NCBI RefSeq assembly: GCF_009914755.1
Contig: NC_060930.1
DNA length: 64,000 nucleotides
Origin: the human T2T-CHM13v2.0 reference genome, Homo sapiens
Strand: one strand, 5' to 3'
Made by a program: the position numbers and the translations under genes. The first letter of the stretch is position 1. Each line of letters opens with the position of its first letter. Shown piece after piece: positions 14,560 to 28,326 of the stretch. The notes under the pieces are model-generated. The model searched no databases. It was given only the letters and a program-made list of their open reading frames with translations, and had not been told where the DNA came from.

Positions 14560-15950
14560 TATTTGTTAGTTTCTAGTGTAGTGCTTTGAGCCTATACAAG
14601 CACTTTTTTAAGGTTTTATGGCCTGATACAGTTTCAATTTTTATAAATGTTTCATGAACACTTGAAATAAAGGTATATTCTGTGTCTATTGAGTACAGTG
14701 TTTTATATATAATTATTAGATCAAGTTTTTTATATATTCCATTTTCTACAGCCTTTTGTCTACTTAAATCTGTCAGATTTAGATAAGTGTGTTAAACATG
14801 TCTACTATGATTATGGTTTTGTCAAATTTTCTATTTTTATCTATGTCTGCCTTTAGTTTTTGGACTCATTGATAACTCATACACAATGGCTGATGAATGC
14901 TGTACTTTTGTAGTATACATAGTTTCCGTCAATACAAAATGTTCCTCTCCTTCTCATTCAATATTTTTGTCCTTGACTTCTGCCTTGTTCAACACGAATG
15001 TGAACACTCCTGCTCTTTTGTTGTCTGTCCTTCCTTAGGATACTATAGTTTATCTCTTTATTGTCCATCTCCATCACATTTTTACATGTCTTTTATATGA
15101 GATATAGCTTTGCTGCTGTGTTTTATTTAGAGCAATTTAATTTTTTTCACACTTAGTGTGGTTATCATGTTTGGTTTTATCTTAGGTGCATTACATACTT
15201 TTTTTTTTTTGCTTTTTTCCCTTCTTCTTTTTGAATTCATTTTGGTTTCTCTTCTTCCTCTAATTGTTGAAAAGGTTTTGTTTTATATGTATTCTACTGT
15301 GGTTACCTTTAAAATTCCTTATTTAAAATATTTTTAACTGTTTAAGGAGCTTTTAAGGAACTGATATTTCTCTTATCATCATGAATTAAAGCCTCTCTCT
15401 GCCCCCCCTCCCCCTTACCTTTTTGAATGAGACTACATCTGCTAGTGGGCACCTATTCTCCCATTTCCTATCCTCTCCGTCACCAGCAGGCATTGAAATA
15501 TACCAACGTTTTTATTTGAAAACTTCATTTTCACTTTGCTTCTCCTATTTCCAGATTCCAACAAACAGCTTTAAACTTCACAGTCATGTTAGTTACTATC
15601 CACTTTTAATTGTTAAAATTGCCACTTTTGTTGCTTACTACTTTATCTGGTACAGCAATCTTCCTATTTTTTAGTTTCTTATTCTAATTCACTTTGGCTA
15701 AAGCGCTTTCCTTAAGTGACTTTGTTTTTGTTGTTGTTGTTGTTTGTTTTTTGAGAAAAATATTTGAAATGTCTCTTTTGCCCTCACACAGACATAATGA
15801 TTTCACGGGGTACAAAAAATCCTAGGATCCATTTCTTTTCTTCAGAACTCTAAACACCTTTCTCCATTATTCTGTATCATTCAGTGTTACAGAAAAAAAC
15901 CTGATGCTAGTCTGATTTTTCCCTCCTTCATAGAGAAGCAGTTTTCCCCC
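14560..15950 (-). mobile_element. Ancient L1ME-like fragments
   Basis: T-rich degenerate L1 reverse-strand sequence. Confidence 0.5.
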
Positions 15951-16018
15951 TGACCCCCTGTGAATACCCTTGGGATTGTTTTATTATTAAATCCTGGCAC
16001 AGTTGTTCTAAACTTAGG

Positions 16019-16700
16019 ATTCATTCATTCATTCATTCATTCATTCAACAAAAACATACATACCAGGCAAACTGCCAGGGACTGGGGAGAAGGTGGTAAG
16101 CAAAATCAGTCATGATCTGCATCTTAGAGTCATTATAGCCCAGGTGCAGGCTTGTCAGGGAGGTGGAATGTTGGCTAATAGTGCAGGTGCACACACGGTG
16201 GTGAGTGCTATGAAGGAAGGGTGCGGGTGCTATGTGAAGAAATCTGACCCTCCAGGGTGGACCAAGGATGATTAAGCTGGACTCTGAAGGATGGTGTGGG
16301 AGAGGCAGGTGGGTTGAGGAAAGAGCCTTCCAGGCAGAGACAAGTACACGTGATGGCGGGATTGTGAGATGGGACAGCAAGCCACTGAAGCTGAGTGCAC
16401 AGAGAACACAAGGAAAATAACTTGAGCGAGGCTCGGGGGTGGGGATGCCCAACCATGCAGGGCCTGGGAGGCCATGGAGAAACGAAGTGCAAGGGGAGCT
16501 GCAGAAATGTTTTAACCTGGAGCCTAACGGGTCAGGGAGCATATTATTGGGGATAAGAAATGAAGCTGTGGAGCTAGTTAGGAGGTTACTGCTGGTCCAG
16601 GTAAGAGATGACGGGGCGTGGGGGTGGGGGTGGGGGTGGAGGTGGCAATGCGGCAGAGGAGGTAGAGAGAGAGACTGGAGTGGTAAACCGGACCGACTGT
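16019..16700 (-). mobile_element. L2 with (ATTC)n tail
   Basis: (TTCA)n at 16019-16047; ggaggttactgctggtccaggtaagagatga. Confidence 0.7.
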
Positions 16701-16774
16701 GAAGCTTTCACAGGGCAGCCGCATACCTGTACATTCTAAGAACTAAGAGTAGTGGTGGCAGTGACGGTTGGCTT

Positions 16775-16990
16775 AACAGCAGCTACATTTTAGGAAACAT
16801 TCACAGTGAACCAGGCCTTGTCCTAGGTGCTCTGTCTGTATTAACCTGCTTAATCCTCACAGTGACCCCACTAGGTAGATACTATTACTACCATAATTTA
16901 CAAATGAAGAAATGGAGGCACAGAGAGGCTAAGTAACTTGCTTAAAAGCTTACTCTGAGGAAGTAGCAGAGCCCAAATTCAAACCTGGCA
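16775..16990 (-). mobile_element. MIR
   Basis: ttaatcctcac...aatgaagaaatggaggcacagagaggctaagtaacttgc core. Confidence 0.85.
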
Positions 16991-17048
16991 ATGGAATCAC
17001 TCTCAAAACTCAAGTATTATAGGAACTTGTATCCTGTTTCTTTCTGAT

Positions 17049-17543
<495 letters not shown>

Positions 17544-18757
17544 TAATTCTGAAACTCTTACTGAACATGCTGGATTTATAAGTCTCCTTCCACTGACATT
17601 TCTATTTCTTTGTACTTTTGCTCCTATTTTGGAAGAATTCCTGGAGGATTCTTCCAGGAGGGCTTTGGGATCCACTCCTCTGCATTGCAACCCTAACAGT
17701 ATCACTGACACTTAGAGCCTCGATGCTGTCACCCTCTCACATGAGGTTATTCCAGCAGTCATGCCTTTTATTTACAGGAATCCTTGCTCTCCAATGACTC
17801 TTTCCTCACAGCTGCTGGCTCTTGTTTTATGATGCCACATCTTTTAAAATCTGAGAATGAACTCTAGAAATTTTAAAAGCCCTCTCTTGATTCCTATACT
17901 CTTTCAGTGGGAACTCCTGTGTCTTGGTTTACTTTTTTTAATTATCTACTCATATTTGCAAACAGAAGTCAAGGCTGAACAGCATTGATGGCTTGTATTG
18001 GTCTTTGTTAGCAATTGTGAGAGGCTTTATTTTAGGTACACCTGTGGCCACTTTGAGCGGTTTCCACAGAAAAACCAGGGAGTTACTCAGGGAAACTCAA
18101 CACTTCAGAGGCGGCTTCACCAGTGGGCTGTGATAGAGCCTTTCCCTCCATGTTAATGGGAGGAAACTGCCCAGAAGTCAGGCAGAACCAGGAGCTTACC
18201 ACACAACCCCCACCTGATGTGGGGGCATTCTCTGCCATGCGAGGAAGCTGTGTAGGGGCTTGATGGCATGTGTCTGAGGCACGGCCCCCTTCAGCCCACT
18301 GGATCTCTGCACTCTGAGAATAGGGGTGTCCAGGGGCTCCCATGAGGACACCATCCTCTTACTTCTCATATGATCCCCCTCCTCTGTCTGTCTGTCCATC
18401 CAAACTTAGCCTCACATTTCTCCCAGAAGCTTCATTGTACATGTCCTTTTCTGTTTTCCAGCATGGTTTTAGATATTTTCCTACTTTCTAATCCTGATCT
18501 TTTTAATGGATGGAGGAATGTAGAAATGGTAAAATTTATTACAGTTAATTATAAAAAAGACCATACTCTGCCCCCAACCCTCAACCATTCTGGATAAATG
18601 AAGGTTTGTTATTCTTTCTCTAACAGCAGACTAAAGCTAAAGAACTCAAACTATAAAACTCTTGGAAGACAACGAGGAAAGCTTCATGAGATTGGATTCA
18701 GCAGTGACTTCTTAGATATGACACCAAAAGCACAGACGACAAAAGATCAAATAGGTA

Positions 18758-19103
<346 letters not shown>

Positions 19104-19268
19104 TTAGTGCATTAAAGAACAGTATTAACAGAGTGGGAAAGGTAACCCATAGAATGGGAAAAATATTTGTAAATAGCATATCTGATAAAGGATTAATACC
19201 CAAAATATAAAGAATTTCTACAGCTCAGCAAGAATAAACCAAACAACTCAATTCAAAAATGGGCAAAG

Positions 19269-19459
19269 TCCAATATGACTGATATAAAAAGAGGAGAGAG
19301 TGGAGAATGCATGCCGCAGAGGAAAGGCCATCTGTGAGCAAGGAGAGGCCTCAAGGGAACTCACATGCTGACACCCTGACCTTGGACCTCCAGCCTCCAG
19401 AACTGTGAGAAAATCCATTTCTGTTGGTGAAGTCAAATAAATACATAAACATTTTATAG
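19269..19459 (+). mobile_element. MLT1A/B (MaLR LTR) 3' fragment with A-rich tail, inserted in L1MB
   Basis: ccttggacctccagcctccagaactgtgagaaaatccatttctgttg. Confidence 0.8.
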
Positions 19460-20589
19460 AAATGTATAAAGGACTTGAATAGACATTTCTCTAAGAAGGA
19501 AGTACAAATGGCCACGAAGCACATGAAGTGCAAATCAAAACCAGAATGAGATACCACTTCATCCCCATTAGGTGGCTATTATTAAAAAAACTAATACAAC
19601 AAAACAGAAGCAAATAAGTATTAGTGAGGATATGGAGAATCTGGAACCTTCCTGCATTGCTGTGGAGAGTGTAAAATGATGCAGCTGCTGTAGAAAATAG
19701 TATGGTGATTCTTCAAAAAATTCAAACAAAAAATTACCTGTGATCCAACAGTTCTACTTTGGACATCCAAAAGAATCTAAAGCAGGGACTCGAACAGATA
19801 TCTGTGCACCAATGTTTATAGCAACATTATTCACAGTAGCCAAAAGGTGGAAACAACCCAAACGTCCATGGCTGTATGCATGGATAAACGAAATGTGGAC
19901 TATACGTAACAATGGAATATTAGTAGCCTTAAAAAGGAATGAAATTCTGATACATAATATAATATGAATGAACCTTAAAGATATTATGCTCAATAAGCAA
20001 AAAAAAAAAAAAAGGGACAAATATGATTCCACTTATATGAGGTACCTAGAATAGTCTAATTAATCGAGACAGAAAGTAGAATTGTGGTAACCAGGGGCTG
20101 AGGGGAGGGGCAAGTCAGGAGTTATTGTTTAGTGAGCATAGAATTTTGGTTCAGTGATGGAAAAGGTGTGGAGTTGGACAGTGGTTATGGTTGCACAACA
20201 ATGTGAATGAATTGAATACCACTGAACTGTCCACTTCAAAATGGTTAAAATGGTAAATTTTATGTTACGTATATTTCACCACAATCAAAACACAGATAAA
20301 ACTTGCATTCCCAATGAATACAGGCAATCTTTTTGTTTATATTGTTGCTGGTGTTTTTCAGTTATTATGATTAAAATATTCCTGTCCTATGCTCAAATTC
20401 TCTTCTTGCTTGAGCAATGGAAGACGTATTTTCTATGGAAGTGACTCTATTGAGCGTTCCCAAACTCTGTCATGAGGTTATCCCACCTGAGATGGACACA
20501 GGGGGTGGCCTGGGAAAGGACTGTGACCACTGAGAGACGATAACGAGCCACAGGAAGGAAATAGGAGTCGCTTCTGATCACTTTCGCCC

Positions 20590-20800
20590 GCCTCTCTTAC
20601 TCCTGGGTGCACTTCGGGATCACCTCAAGACTCAAAAAAAAAAAAAAAAACAAAAAAAACCCGCAACCACACAAATACCAGGCCTCACCCTCAGAGACTA
20701 TATGGTCTCTTTGCTCCTAGGTGGAGCTCAAGTGTGGGTGTTTTTTCAAAGCCCCTTGCCATTTTGATGCGAAGCCATGGGGAGACCCGCTGAATTAGAC
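20590..20800. mobile_element. MER5-like (hAT-Charlie) remnant
   Basis: gatcacct...aaataccaggcctcaccctcagagac...ttttcaaagcccc...attttgatgc pattern. Confidence 0.5.
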
Positions 20801-21084
20801 CCTCCTCAGAGAGCTCTGGAGTATACAGCTCGGCATCCCCCTTTACACCTCCACCATTAAATAATGGCAATGTTGTCTCAGAAGCGAGAAGCTTTAAATC
20901 TTAATTTTGATAATCCTTACACTAGAAAAGGAAAACATGTTAAAATTCATGAATTCAGCAAACATTTGTTCAAGCTATTACCATCAGAGACTGTGCCCGG
21001 CCTGGAGATGCAGGCAGACCCGAGCGCCCTCCTAGTGTACTCCCGGGCTAGCAAGGCGGCCAGGGGCAGGGAGGACACTGACAT

Positions 21085-21103
21085 GAGCGCCACCTTGTGG
21101 AAA
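21085..21103 (-). promoter_or_regulatory. Candidate CTCF site
   Basis: Minus strand TTTCCACAAGGTGGCGCTC versus core consensus CCACYAGRKGGCRCT (one mismatch); local CpG retention. Confidence 0.5.
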
Positions 21104-22297
21104 TATTCATAACTGCATAAGCCAAGGATTCTAGGGGAAAAGGTAGAAAGGGGCATCCACGTGTGATGGAAAATCAGGAAAAACTTCCCAGAAAAAGCGA
21201 TTCCTGCCTCATCAATGAGTCTGGAAGAGTAACTGGAAATTAGCTAGGCAAACGTGAGAAGAAAAGTGACATTGCATATCCTAGGCTGGAGGGCAGTGTG
21301 TGCCACTCTTGGTTTAATCAGGCCCATCAGCTTAGGGCAATGCCGACTGACCACAGCGGTTGGCCTGAGGGATTTAAAATTGAGGTGAACTGATGTGCAG
21401 AGTGTTTGGGGTCAGGGTGATTACAGCTGCTCAGGGAGCCCAGGAAGAATGCCTGCAAGGCTTAACTTCTGAAGCCAGTGCAGAAAAATGTGTAGTAGTC
21501 ACAGCAAACAACCTGCATGCCAAAGAGAGAAGTGGTCTGCACCCCGGCCCCCACGTTAGCAGTGCAGGGCAACAACCCTTAATCCTAACTATTTACATGA
21601 GTAAAATAAATAATACCTATTTAACAGATTCTAGATGAAAACTATTACCTACAGATGCTCTCCTAGGGACTCTTAGGAAAGTCGAGGTGGTGAAAAAGGA
21701 CATTTGCCCCCTTGTGACTTGATTAGAAAGCATGAGAATCATTCTTTTAAATCCTTCCCTATGTGCCATCAGGAATTTGCATATTGAATACTTGTCTCGT
21801 GGTCTACATAGACTCACCTACAGGGGCAAGCGGCACTCACATGGCACCAAATGCCTTGCAAATCTCAATGTTACAAATGGCATTTTCTTCTGAAAGCTCA
21901 AGTGCTGTTTGTTTAGATTTTCAGCTGGGAAATTTTAACAATGAACACGTATCTGCTCCTAAACAACTCTTTAATGATCTTTTTTGGCTTCGATTTTCTC
22001 CTGTTGATCACTCTCTTTTGGGGGTATTTAATCTAAAGTAAGGGCTAGCGTTTATCTCAGCATGCCATCCTGCATGCTGAGCCAATTCATTGAATGATAA
22101 TGAGCACAGGTCCACCCGCCAGAAGAGAAATGAAGTTCATCATGAGCCCACAGCGGAGTTCAAATGTTCTTAAATACTACCGTTAAGAGTGATCTCACAA
22201 AGCTACAAGTGGGTGCAGATTCAAATATTCACAGAACAGCAGGAACTTCTGTATGTATTCGTTTTACTTCAACCTCAACACAACCCAGAAAGCTGGT

Positions 22298-22365
22298 GCA
22301 ATGATCCCTAATCTACAGGTATTAGGAAGAAGCAATGATCCCTAATCTACAGGTATTAGGAAGAA
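22298..22365. repeat. Perfect 34-bp tandem duplication inside a MIR
   Basis: gcaatgatccctaatctacaggtattaggaagaa x2. Confidence 0.95.
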
Positions 22366-24149
22366 ACAGATATTCCCCTAGATCTTCAGGCTGCACAGCC
22401 TGTATGTGTCAGAGCAGGACCCAAGGATGAGTGATTCTTCCACCCTACAGCTACCTGCATGGACCTCACCACTGTGATAATCAAACAAAACACTGACCTA
22501 ATTCATCAAAATAAATGTGTGAGCCAGCTGAACCCAAAGGCACAGTCTTGTTTCTTGGTTAAGAGTGACATTCACCAAGTGTCTACAATGTTCTACTCCT
22601 GGCTGCTTTGCACGTGATGTCTGATTTTGTGAAAAATTTCATTTTCCCTGTTCTGCAGATGAAGAAACCAAGAAACTGTTCTGCAGGCTCAGAGACCAAG
22701 AACTCAGTGACTTGGCTGTAGGTGGGTGAGTTGGAGACCATCTCTGTAGACACACTGACCTGACTCTGAATCCCAGACAACTCACTTAGCATACCTAGGC
22801 CTCGGGCTCCTTATATGTAAGTGGGGATAATAAAACTAGCATATCCCTTGCACAGCTAAGTGAGGATTCATGAAGAAAGAACACAGAATGCTTCCAAATG
22901 CCTGATGCTTGGTAAATGCTAAGCAAACAATATATAATTATTGAGTCTGCTGGACATCCTGATAGAAAGGAAAACTTCAGGTTTTCAAAATTTTTAGTCC
23001 TGGAATGAATGTTTTATTCCATTGAAATCTTGAGGGGATCTCCAATATGTAAATGCAGAGCTGCTAGAATTGAGGTGGACAGAGGCCTGGAAACCCGTCT
23101 CCCCACTTCCCCTTCAGCCCTGAAAGGCCTCTGCAGAGCCCTCCCTCTCCACGTCCACCCCACCTGACCCCACTACCAGCTGCTCCAGAGCAAGCACCCT
23201 GAGTATGAGCACACAGATGCACATGTGCTCCTTGCCCCACACGCCCACCTCTACCCAGCACAGCCCTGGCCACAGCACATGCAGACAGGACCAGACACAG
23301 TACTGTGGGCATCAAATCCCTGCAAGTCTCTAGACTGCACCATGTTCTAGAAATAGATTAAAAACTGAGTGGCAGGCTGCCTATTGCCCCAACACTCTGC
23401 CACCTGTCCCTGTGGTTCTATAAGTTGTTGGGACAGAATTACCACCCCCTGGCAGCTGCAGTCCTCTCCCGGTGACAATCACACTGTACCAACCCAAGGA
23501 CAAAGTCCCAAGCTGGTCCCTAGATCCTGCACTAAAAGGTACCACATGACACATCAAGTCACTCTACTGAGAAGATTCAGTAACTTTATAGTTCTCATAG
23601 AAAACATTCATGCATGGAAAACAGCACACTTAAATCACGAATGACTCCAAAGTGGCAGGAAGACAATTCCCTCCATTTTCTTGCAGTATTTATATTCATG
23701 AAGCAAAGCAAAACGTCATTAATTTTGACTGCTCATTTGGCTTTGATGATCATCTGATCCGGGCTGGGCTGAAGCTGATCACAGCATTATCTACTGAGAA
23801 AAGGTCTGCCAAATAAATTAACCCAGGCAAAATTCCTTGTTGACAAACATTGAGATGAAGGAGACCCAGAATAACTGTCATTCCCACGTCCCTGCAGAGA
23901 GCCCACAGAAAGCAGCCTTCAGCAACCTGCCCAGAGTGATCCCTCGACCCCCTCCAGTTTCATGGTCATCATTTATAATAATTTTTTAAAGGTTTGCCTG
24001 GTAAACTTGTAGCGGGGACAGCTGCTCTGGGATAGTGCCGTCACTCAGCCCCACTCACAGGCTGGGGCTAGGGGAAACCTGGGGCTGGGATTGGGCAAGG
24101 AGTGGAGGGCAGGATAGTCCGGCTTCTGCCTACAGGAAGGATGCATTCT

Positions 24150-24700
24150 GGGAGTCGGGGTGGCGGAGCCTCAACAATTATAATGAGAGATGTACAACCA
24201 CTGTGACAAGGTGCAGAGGTATGGGAGGCTGAGAGAACAGCACATTATAACACGGGAGGAGCTATCTTAATTGAAGCATCAGCAAAACCTTCCCCAAGAA
24301 GGCAGCCTTTAAGCTGAGATTTGAAGGATGAGTAGGGCTGAACGAGGAAGGAGCATTTCCAGGCAGGGGCATCAGTGCAGGCCCCAAAGGGAAGGGTAGA
24401 ATGTGCTGGAGGAAGTGATCTCTGCCCGCAAAGATTGAGTAGAGGGGAACAAGAATAGTAAGGTGGGCAGGGGTGGGCCGGGCAGGGCCTGGCAGGTGCC
24501 AGTGACAAGGAATTGTTTATTCCAAGAGCATGAGTAGCCCCTGAAGAGCTATGAGCAAGGGACTGCCAAGAATCTGGTTTGCATTCCTGAAAGATTCCTC
24601 CTGCTTCGAGGTGGAGTGGACACGGGAGAGGGCAGGTATGGATACAGGAGGCCCAGCCAGGCGTGATCACTGTCTTCCTCACTTTCAGCCTCGACACCCT
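24150..24700 (-). mobile_element. L2 fragment
   Basis: tttaagctgagatttgaaggatgagtagg...gagcatttccaggcagggg. Confidence 0.65.
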
Positions 24701-25089
24701 CCACTGGGACAACACACCCACAGTGAATCCTGAGCTTGAAAACTTCAGTCAGGTGATGTGATTTTTTTTTTTTTTCCTAATATGCAGACTCCTATTTTAC
24801 ACAAAATAGGTGTTCTGGTTAAAAGAATGTTTTAATTACCCAACATCACTGTATTTTCTACACATAAATTACGACTCAAAGGATAATACAAATTACACCA
24901 ATTAAAATTAACCAAACTTAAATTTAATACATCATTTATCACCATACCATACAACAGAAAAAGGTGTTAAAAAGATCTAAGTGTCTGCTGATTTAGAGTA
25001 TAATCTGAAAAGGCTGTTAAAATTTTATAAGTCCCCAATAGCTGTGGTATTTAAGACCTCCTCTCACCTCCCAGCCCGCTACGGGCTCA

Positions 25090-25600
25090 TTACCCAGATG
25101 GCTGCCTGAGCCTCCAGGCCCAGCCCTCCTCCCCCATTCATCCCACACTGCCAACATGTGGTTCTCAAACTGTATTTCTAATCACATCAGTCCCCTACTT
25201 GAAAAATGTCAGACTCTCCAATGTCCACAGAAATGAAGAAAAACTTCTCATCTTAGCACTCAGTCCTCACTATCTGACCCCAGCTTGCCCTTCCCAAGAG
25301 CTACACATACCCTGGGATAACTTGTTCCAAAAACACACCCTGCCCATGATCCCTCCCTACCCTGGCCTGGGCCTAGCACGGAAGGTGCCTCTCAGATGTC
25401 ACCTCTTCCCAAGACCTTTCCCGAAACTCCCCCAGTGGCTGTGGTTTTCTCTTTAAATGTAACCCCCAATCATTCCACTTGTACTCATTTTCGACCCCAC
25501 GATGTATCTGCCATGCTCTTGTAGACATTCTCTCTCTGCTAGATACAAAACTCCTTGAGGCGAGGGGCTGCTACATTCAGTGTGTGTGGAATTCAGCCAA
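25090..25600 (+). mobile_element. L2 fragment
   Basis: ctcagatgtcacctcttcccaagacctttcc...ctagatacaaaactccttgaggc. Confidence 0.6.
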
Positions 25601-26323
25601 ATGTCACTTCTCCCTCTATTAACATTTGGCGGACGGTCAATTCCAACAACTGGCCCCTCCACCTTCCCAGCCCTTGGCTTCCTTACTTATCTCACCTTTT
25701 TTCTGGGAGTCAGAGGTGACTCTATCTAGGTGAACCTGTCCATCTAAGGTCTTGATCTCCCCTCATTTCCTCTCCTTTGGGACTTTCAACACTTATCACT
25801 TCTTAAAACTTCAATTTCTCCCCCTCCATCATTAAAGAAAGAGGAAAAAGCTGTTATACCCCTTGAAACTGCCACCATCTGTCTTTCCTACTCATTTGCT
25901 GCCGCATTTCTTAAGAGTTGTCTCCTGGCCCTCCTGCCTCCTAGTCATGCTCCCCACCCCCACTGTCCACCCACTCGCCACAAAAGTCAGGGCTTTTAAG
26001 CCTCCATTGAATAGAAACTACCACCAGCTGGAAAGCTGGTGATAGGCCGTAGGCGAGGAGGAGTTGGCTGCCGACAGAAGACAAGTATAACCAGGTGCAC
26101 CGCCTTACACAACCTCAGTCCTTAGAATCAGAACTTGTCAAAATCACACAACCCTCGAGTTGGAGGGGACCTCAGTGGCCATTGCACCCTTCCTCTTCCT
26201 AACCCATACCTCCTGGCCACTCATCATCACAACATCCTTTCAAATCCCTGTCCAGCCAAGACAGAACCTCCCCAAGCCTTTCCCAGATCAAATCTCTCCC
26301 CCTCTGCTCCATTAGAAACCTAA

Positions 26324-26618
26324 TTTTTTTTTTTTTTTTGAAACAGTCTCCCTGTGTCTCCCAGGCTGGAGTGCAGAGGTGCAATCTCGGCTCACTGCAA
26401 CCTCCACCTCCTGGTTCAAGTGATTCTCATGTCTCAGCCTCCTGAGTAGCTGGGATTATAGGCATTTGCCACCACGCCCAGCTAATTTTTGTATTTGTAG
26501 TAGAGACGGGGTTTCACCATGTTGGCCAGGCTGGTCTTGAACTCCTGACCTCAGGTGATTCACCTGCCTCAGCCTCCCAAAGTGCCGAGATTATAGGTGT
26601 TAGCTACCATGCCCGTCC
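26324..26618 (-). mobile_element. AluSx-like
   Basis: Full dimer; TSD agaaacctaa at 26314-26323 and 26619-26628. Confidence 0.93.
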
Positions 26619-26949
26619 AGAAACCTAACTTTGCTCAGACCATTCTGCTTCCAGCGGTCTTTCTCCCATACTCACCAAGGGTCCTCCTCTTCCCACATCC
26701 AATAACGGAATTCATCATTCATCCACCCCTTCTCTCCAGTGACCTCGCCACTGTCCACCCTAACACCCTCTTGCTGGGCCTTGTCTCTTTCCCTGGCTCC
26801 CCCCCTGCAGTCACTTTAAATGCCTGCCCCCAGGATGCAATCCGAGGCTGCCACAGAGTCTCCCTGTGGGAGCACATCCATCCCCAGGGCTTCGACACAC
26901 CCTGGTCCACAGGACTCCAGACCAGAAAACTAAGCTTTCCTAGACTTCA

Positions 26950-27326
26950 CCTGTATGAGGAAAAGGCACAGAAGACCTGTATGCTCCCAGCCTGCTCCTT
27001 CCACCTGGCTCTGCTGGCCTGTGTGTCACTTCATTTGGCTGGTCCTGACTTGTATTCTTTATAACACTGATTACAATGATAATTTGTATAATTACAGCAC
27101 TCTCCTGAGTTCTGTGAGTCATTCTAGCAAATTAGCAAACCTGAGGAGATTGTGGGAAACATCCAGTGTAGTCAGTTGATCAGAAGTGCAGGTGGCCTGG
27201 GACTCTCCAGCGCGTGGGGGGCATGTGAAATAAGGGCAGTCTTGTTGGAGACTGTGCCCTCTAACCTGTGGGGTCTGCACCAACTCCAGGTGGTGTCAGA
27301 ATCTAATTGCAGTACACCTAGTTGTG
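26950..27326 (+). mobile_element. MER21-family LTR, 3' part
   Basis: cctgagttctgtgagtcattctagcaaattagcaaacctgagg...gccctctaacctgtggggtctgcaccaactccagg. Confidence 0.65.
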
Positions 27327-28282
27327 TTTTTAGCAGAATAAAGTACCTACTGTGTGCCAGCAACTCAACTGGGAACTGCATATACTGTCATTAATGGAGC
27401 ACCGTGTCCCACGGGCCACATCCTAGAATTAATAATAAGGCACATGCCAATGTTGAAAATTCCTAATAAATATCTGTTTTAAGTTCTCAACTTGAACAAA
27501 TCTACACCTCCTGGTGAGGGTGAAGATTGATTTAAGCTCAGTTCTTTCAAGCAGTCGTTCTTACTGACACCTCCCTGGAAGTGGCTGAAGTGAGTCTGTC
27601 ACTTGAAATTAACTGCCTCCCTTCAAAACAGAGCTAAAACCTTTGGTGGACTTCCTCACTTTTAGCCAATCCTCAGATTCCTGAGGTGTAAGAATTGAAT
27701 TCTGAGGCACAGAACAGTAGAAACCCCCCAGGGCCTCACTGGCTTGGCAGAGCTATGTGGCTACTGGTCAGCTTTGAAGCCAACTGCACACCACCAGTGG
27801 GGCTGCCTCCAGTGTTTTCTTTCCATCTTGTGGGCAGGCATATTAATTTTTTTAAGTAGTAATCATTATTTTAAAAAATATCCTCCAATGGAACAGAAAT
27901 AATCTTAATTCTGCCATTATGGTTGTAAACATAAGATTATTTCAAGAACAATGTTTCATGTCACCTGAGAGCAAAATTTCAGTATCAGGCAAGTTCAACA
28001 TGGCAATAAAATGACAGTGTAAGAACTACTAGAATGACATGAAACATCGCAGTTTCAATGTTTGATACTCAAATGAGTTTCCAGTGATGGGCTATGTGAT
28101 GACCTCACAGAGATACAAACAGGACAGGCTCTGAGGGGCTTCTACTGAATGTGCTCAAACCCACAAATGTTCCATTTGGGCTCTTAATCCGCTTTGCAAA
28201 TGCAAGACAGACCCAGGCTCCAATATGGTGCTCTCACTTGACTATCACAGAGCATTTTCAAAGTAGAGCTCCTCAGAGCTCA

Positions 28283-28285
<3 letters not shown>

Positions 28286-28324
<39 letters not shown>
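28286..28324. repeat. (TG)n microsatellite, about 19 units
   Basis: Direct observation. Confidence 0.97.

Positions 28325-28326
<2 letters not shown>

Noticed and set aside
16045-16542. 165-aa ORF (and similar ORFs at 24245-24721, 26597-27064 and 58410-58955)
   Set aside because: They lie in decayed L2, LTR or L1 sequence, with no domain-like features or splice structure.
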